DNA of 63,994 bases, counting the filler, from Intoshia linei (taxonomy: Eukaryota; Animalia; Orthonectida), in assembly GCA_001642005.1 (NCBI GenBank). It is 7 parts of 7 records of this genome, joined end to end, with 100 filler letters (N's around TTAATTAATTAA, not from the genome) between each part and the next. Parts side by side here need not be neighbours in the genome. Positions count along the whole stretch, not along the records: positions 60,052 to 62,777 come from LWCA01002235.1; positions 62,878 to 63,994 come from LWCA01002778.1; 5 more parts are not named here. One strand, written 5' to 3'. This document shows, piece after piece, positions 62,100-63,994 of the stretch (position 1 is its first letter; every line of letters starts with the position of its first letter). The notes beneath the pieces are model-generated. The model was given only the letters and a program-made list of their open reading frames with translations, did no database searches and was not told where the DNA came from. The position numbers and the translations under genes were made by a program.

Positions 62100-62485
62100 T
62101 TACTTTTTCAATGGTTGATCACTATCTACATTAAAATTTTCGCAATGCAGAGCATCACATTGAGTAAATTTATGTTTCAGACTTGTTTGAGTACATTCTT
62201 CTCTTTTTGAATTCATTAATGTTTTTATATCCTCAGTAATTGAATTTTCGTTTTTAGTAGTTTCCTGAAGGTTTTTTCTTTGAAGATTGAGTCGCTTAAA
62301 GGTTTTCAATTGAGAATTATCAATTGAATTTAATATATCAGCTAACAAACTACGATCTCTAGACTTCATTCTATGGTTAATGGCTTGAGTCTTATTTTGT
62401 TTAAATTGATTCAACCAACTCAATCTTAATAATTTCTCTGGTGTACCATTTTCACCATGATTGTCCGAAACTTTAAATTCATTCT
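62100..62485 (-). CDS. Probable internal exon of an unidentified gene
   Basis: Open frame from a TTTAG acceptor (~62485) to a GTAATT donor (~62103); charged, coiled-coil-like composition. Confidence 0.4.
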
Positions 62486-63639
62486 AAATGTTTAATGATA
62501 CTCTTTTATAAGATTTATAATAAGTAATAATAATACTTATAATAAGTGGGTCAAACTTTGAGTAATAAATATTTGAGTAAAGTTACTCTTTAGTGTATGC
62601 TAACATATAAAATACATTTATTACTATTTAAATTATATTGTGCATTAGGGCAGTGTTTCTCAACCTTTTTTACTGCGCGGAACCCTTATAAAATTTCAAA
62701 ATATCGCGGCACCTAAAAGCATAATCAAAATTTTTTTTCGCATGTCGCATATATAAAACAATTTGATTTTTAATTAANNNNNNNNNNNNNNNNNNNNNNN
62801 NNNNNNNNNNNNNNNNNNNNNTTAATTAATTAANNNNNNNNNNNNNNNNNNNNNNNNNNNNNNNNNNNNNNNNNNNNTTATAATAAAGTTACAATAAAAA
62901 CGACATTACTTATGAAACGACCTAATAGTTTAAATACGCATCTTTTTATTTTTTTTGCTTTTTTCGAAACGACATACTTCCGCCTGACTTTTTATCGTCT
63001 AATTAAATATGTATATTACTATCGTAGCTTGACTGTGTACTCTATTTATACCAGGGCAGCGCAAACTGTTTAGTCCATAGGAAAGGCTGGTACCAGTATA
63101 ATTTTACTGGTAATGTTACCAACAGTGGTGCGAGTTGGTACCAGCAATGTTAAAATTTTAAAAAAATACACCGTATTGTTGAAGAATATATTGATTTACA
63201 AGATAATTGTAATTTTACCTTAGAAAAGTGTTTCTCAATGTTTTCCATTGTAGCGCACCAGGAAGCAATTAAAAAAAATTTGGCATACAAACAATAAAAA
63301 AATAGTAATAATTTTATATTTGTTGGTGATTATTGAAACTATTTATCCCTACTTAATGTCTGTTACTTTGTTTATTTATTTGTTTAAACGTCTAACGACA
63401 AAAAAAATACTTATAATTTACCGCAATAAAATTATCGAAAAAACTCAAACAAACACAAATCTTACTCCGTCGAAAAACGCAAGCATAGTTCCAATGTTTC
63501 GTCAAGTTGTTCTGTGTAATGCCCCAAAACTGATGAAATAATACATCAAAGTGAATAGCAATTAATAATAATAATCTTTTACCAATATACCAACATGGGA
63601 TAAGGGTGCTGGTAGTGATAGTGAGGCACCCGCCGCTAG

Positions 63640-63994
63640 TACATGTAAAAGTTATTTGGAATGCGGTATTTCTGTTCTCTACACCAACATAAAAAGCTTT
63701 CTATCAAAAAAAAAATGAATTTCTATCCAGAATACAACATATTGATATAATCCTACTGACCGAAACTTAGCTTACCGAAGATACTCCCCCGAGTCAGTAT
63801 CACCTGCCACAATTCCAACCACCGGTAGTGGACAGCAGAAAATTTGGCGGAAGTGCTATCTACATACGCGAACATCTTACATTTTTGATAATGGAACCAT
63901 TTGAAGGGATAGACCATTGTTGGATTAAAATAAAACAATCAAATAATCCAACTATTATATTAGGGTGTATTTACCGGTCACCATCAAGCTTTAA
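63640..63994 (+). mobile_element. Non-LTR retrotransposon (CR1/L2-like) APE endonuclease remnant
   Basis: VLYTNIKSFLSK...DIILLTET*L...FGGSAIYIRE...DHCWIKI...IILGCIYRSPS. Confidence 0.85.

Overview
AT-rich eukaryotic (animal) scaffold window, not prokaryotic. Genes are split by GT-AG introns, many only 35-55 nt, so the ORF track misses or fragments most of them. Manual splicing supports: an intronless VPS10/sortilin-like receptor; a DTHD1-like ZU5-UPA-death-domain gene; the last exon of RNA polymerase I subunit POLR1A; a BarH homeobox gene; a tetraspanin; a complete 9-exon Wnt11-like gene; the 5' part of Smad4; a complete FKBP12; a disrupted GAD/CSAD-type decarboxylase; and the 5' end of a CP110-like gene. 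Introns and intergenic DNA are a mosaic of transposon debris. This includes a dominant ~1.7 kb non-autonomous Helitron family (one apparently full copy with a head-to-tail CTAG/TC junction), hAT MITEs with 8-bp TSDs, pogo/Tigger, Tc1, a Chapaev-like remnant, a Gypsy gag-pol and a LINE endonuclease. Six 100-nt gaps contain an artificial TTAATTAATTAA linker. Composition, tiny introns and protein divergence suggest a reduced parasitic invertebrate such as the orthonectid Intoshia (inference only). Family assignments come from remembered motifs; no searches were run. I found no clearly novel multi-gene system. The best leads are the Helitron junction, an IS630/Tc1-like fragment resembling oomycete elements, the altered Wnt11 and the divergent sortilin paralogues.
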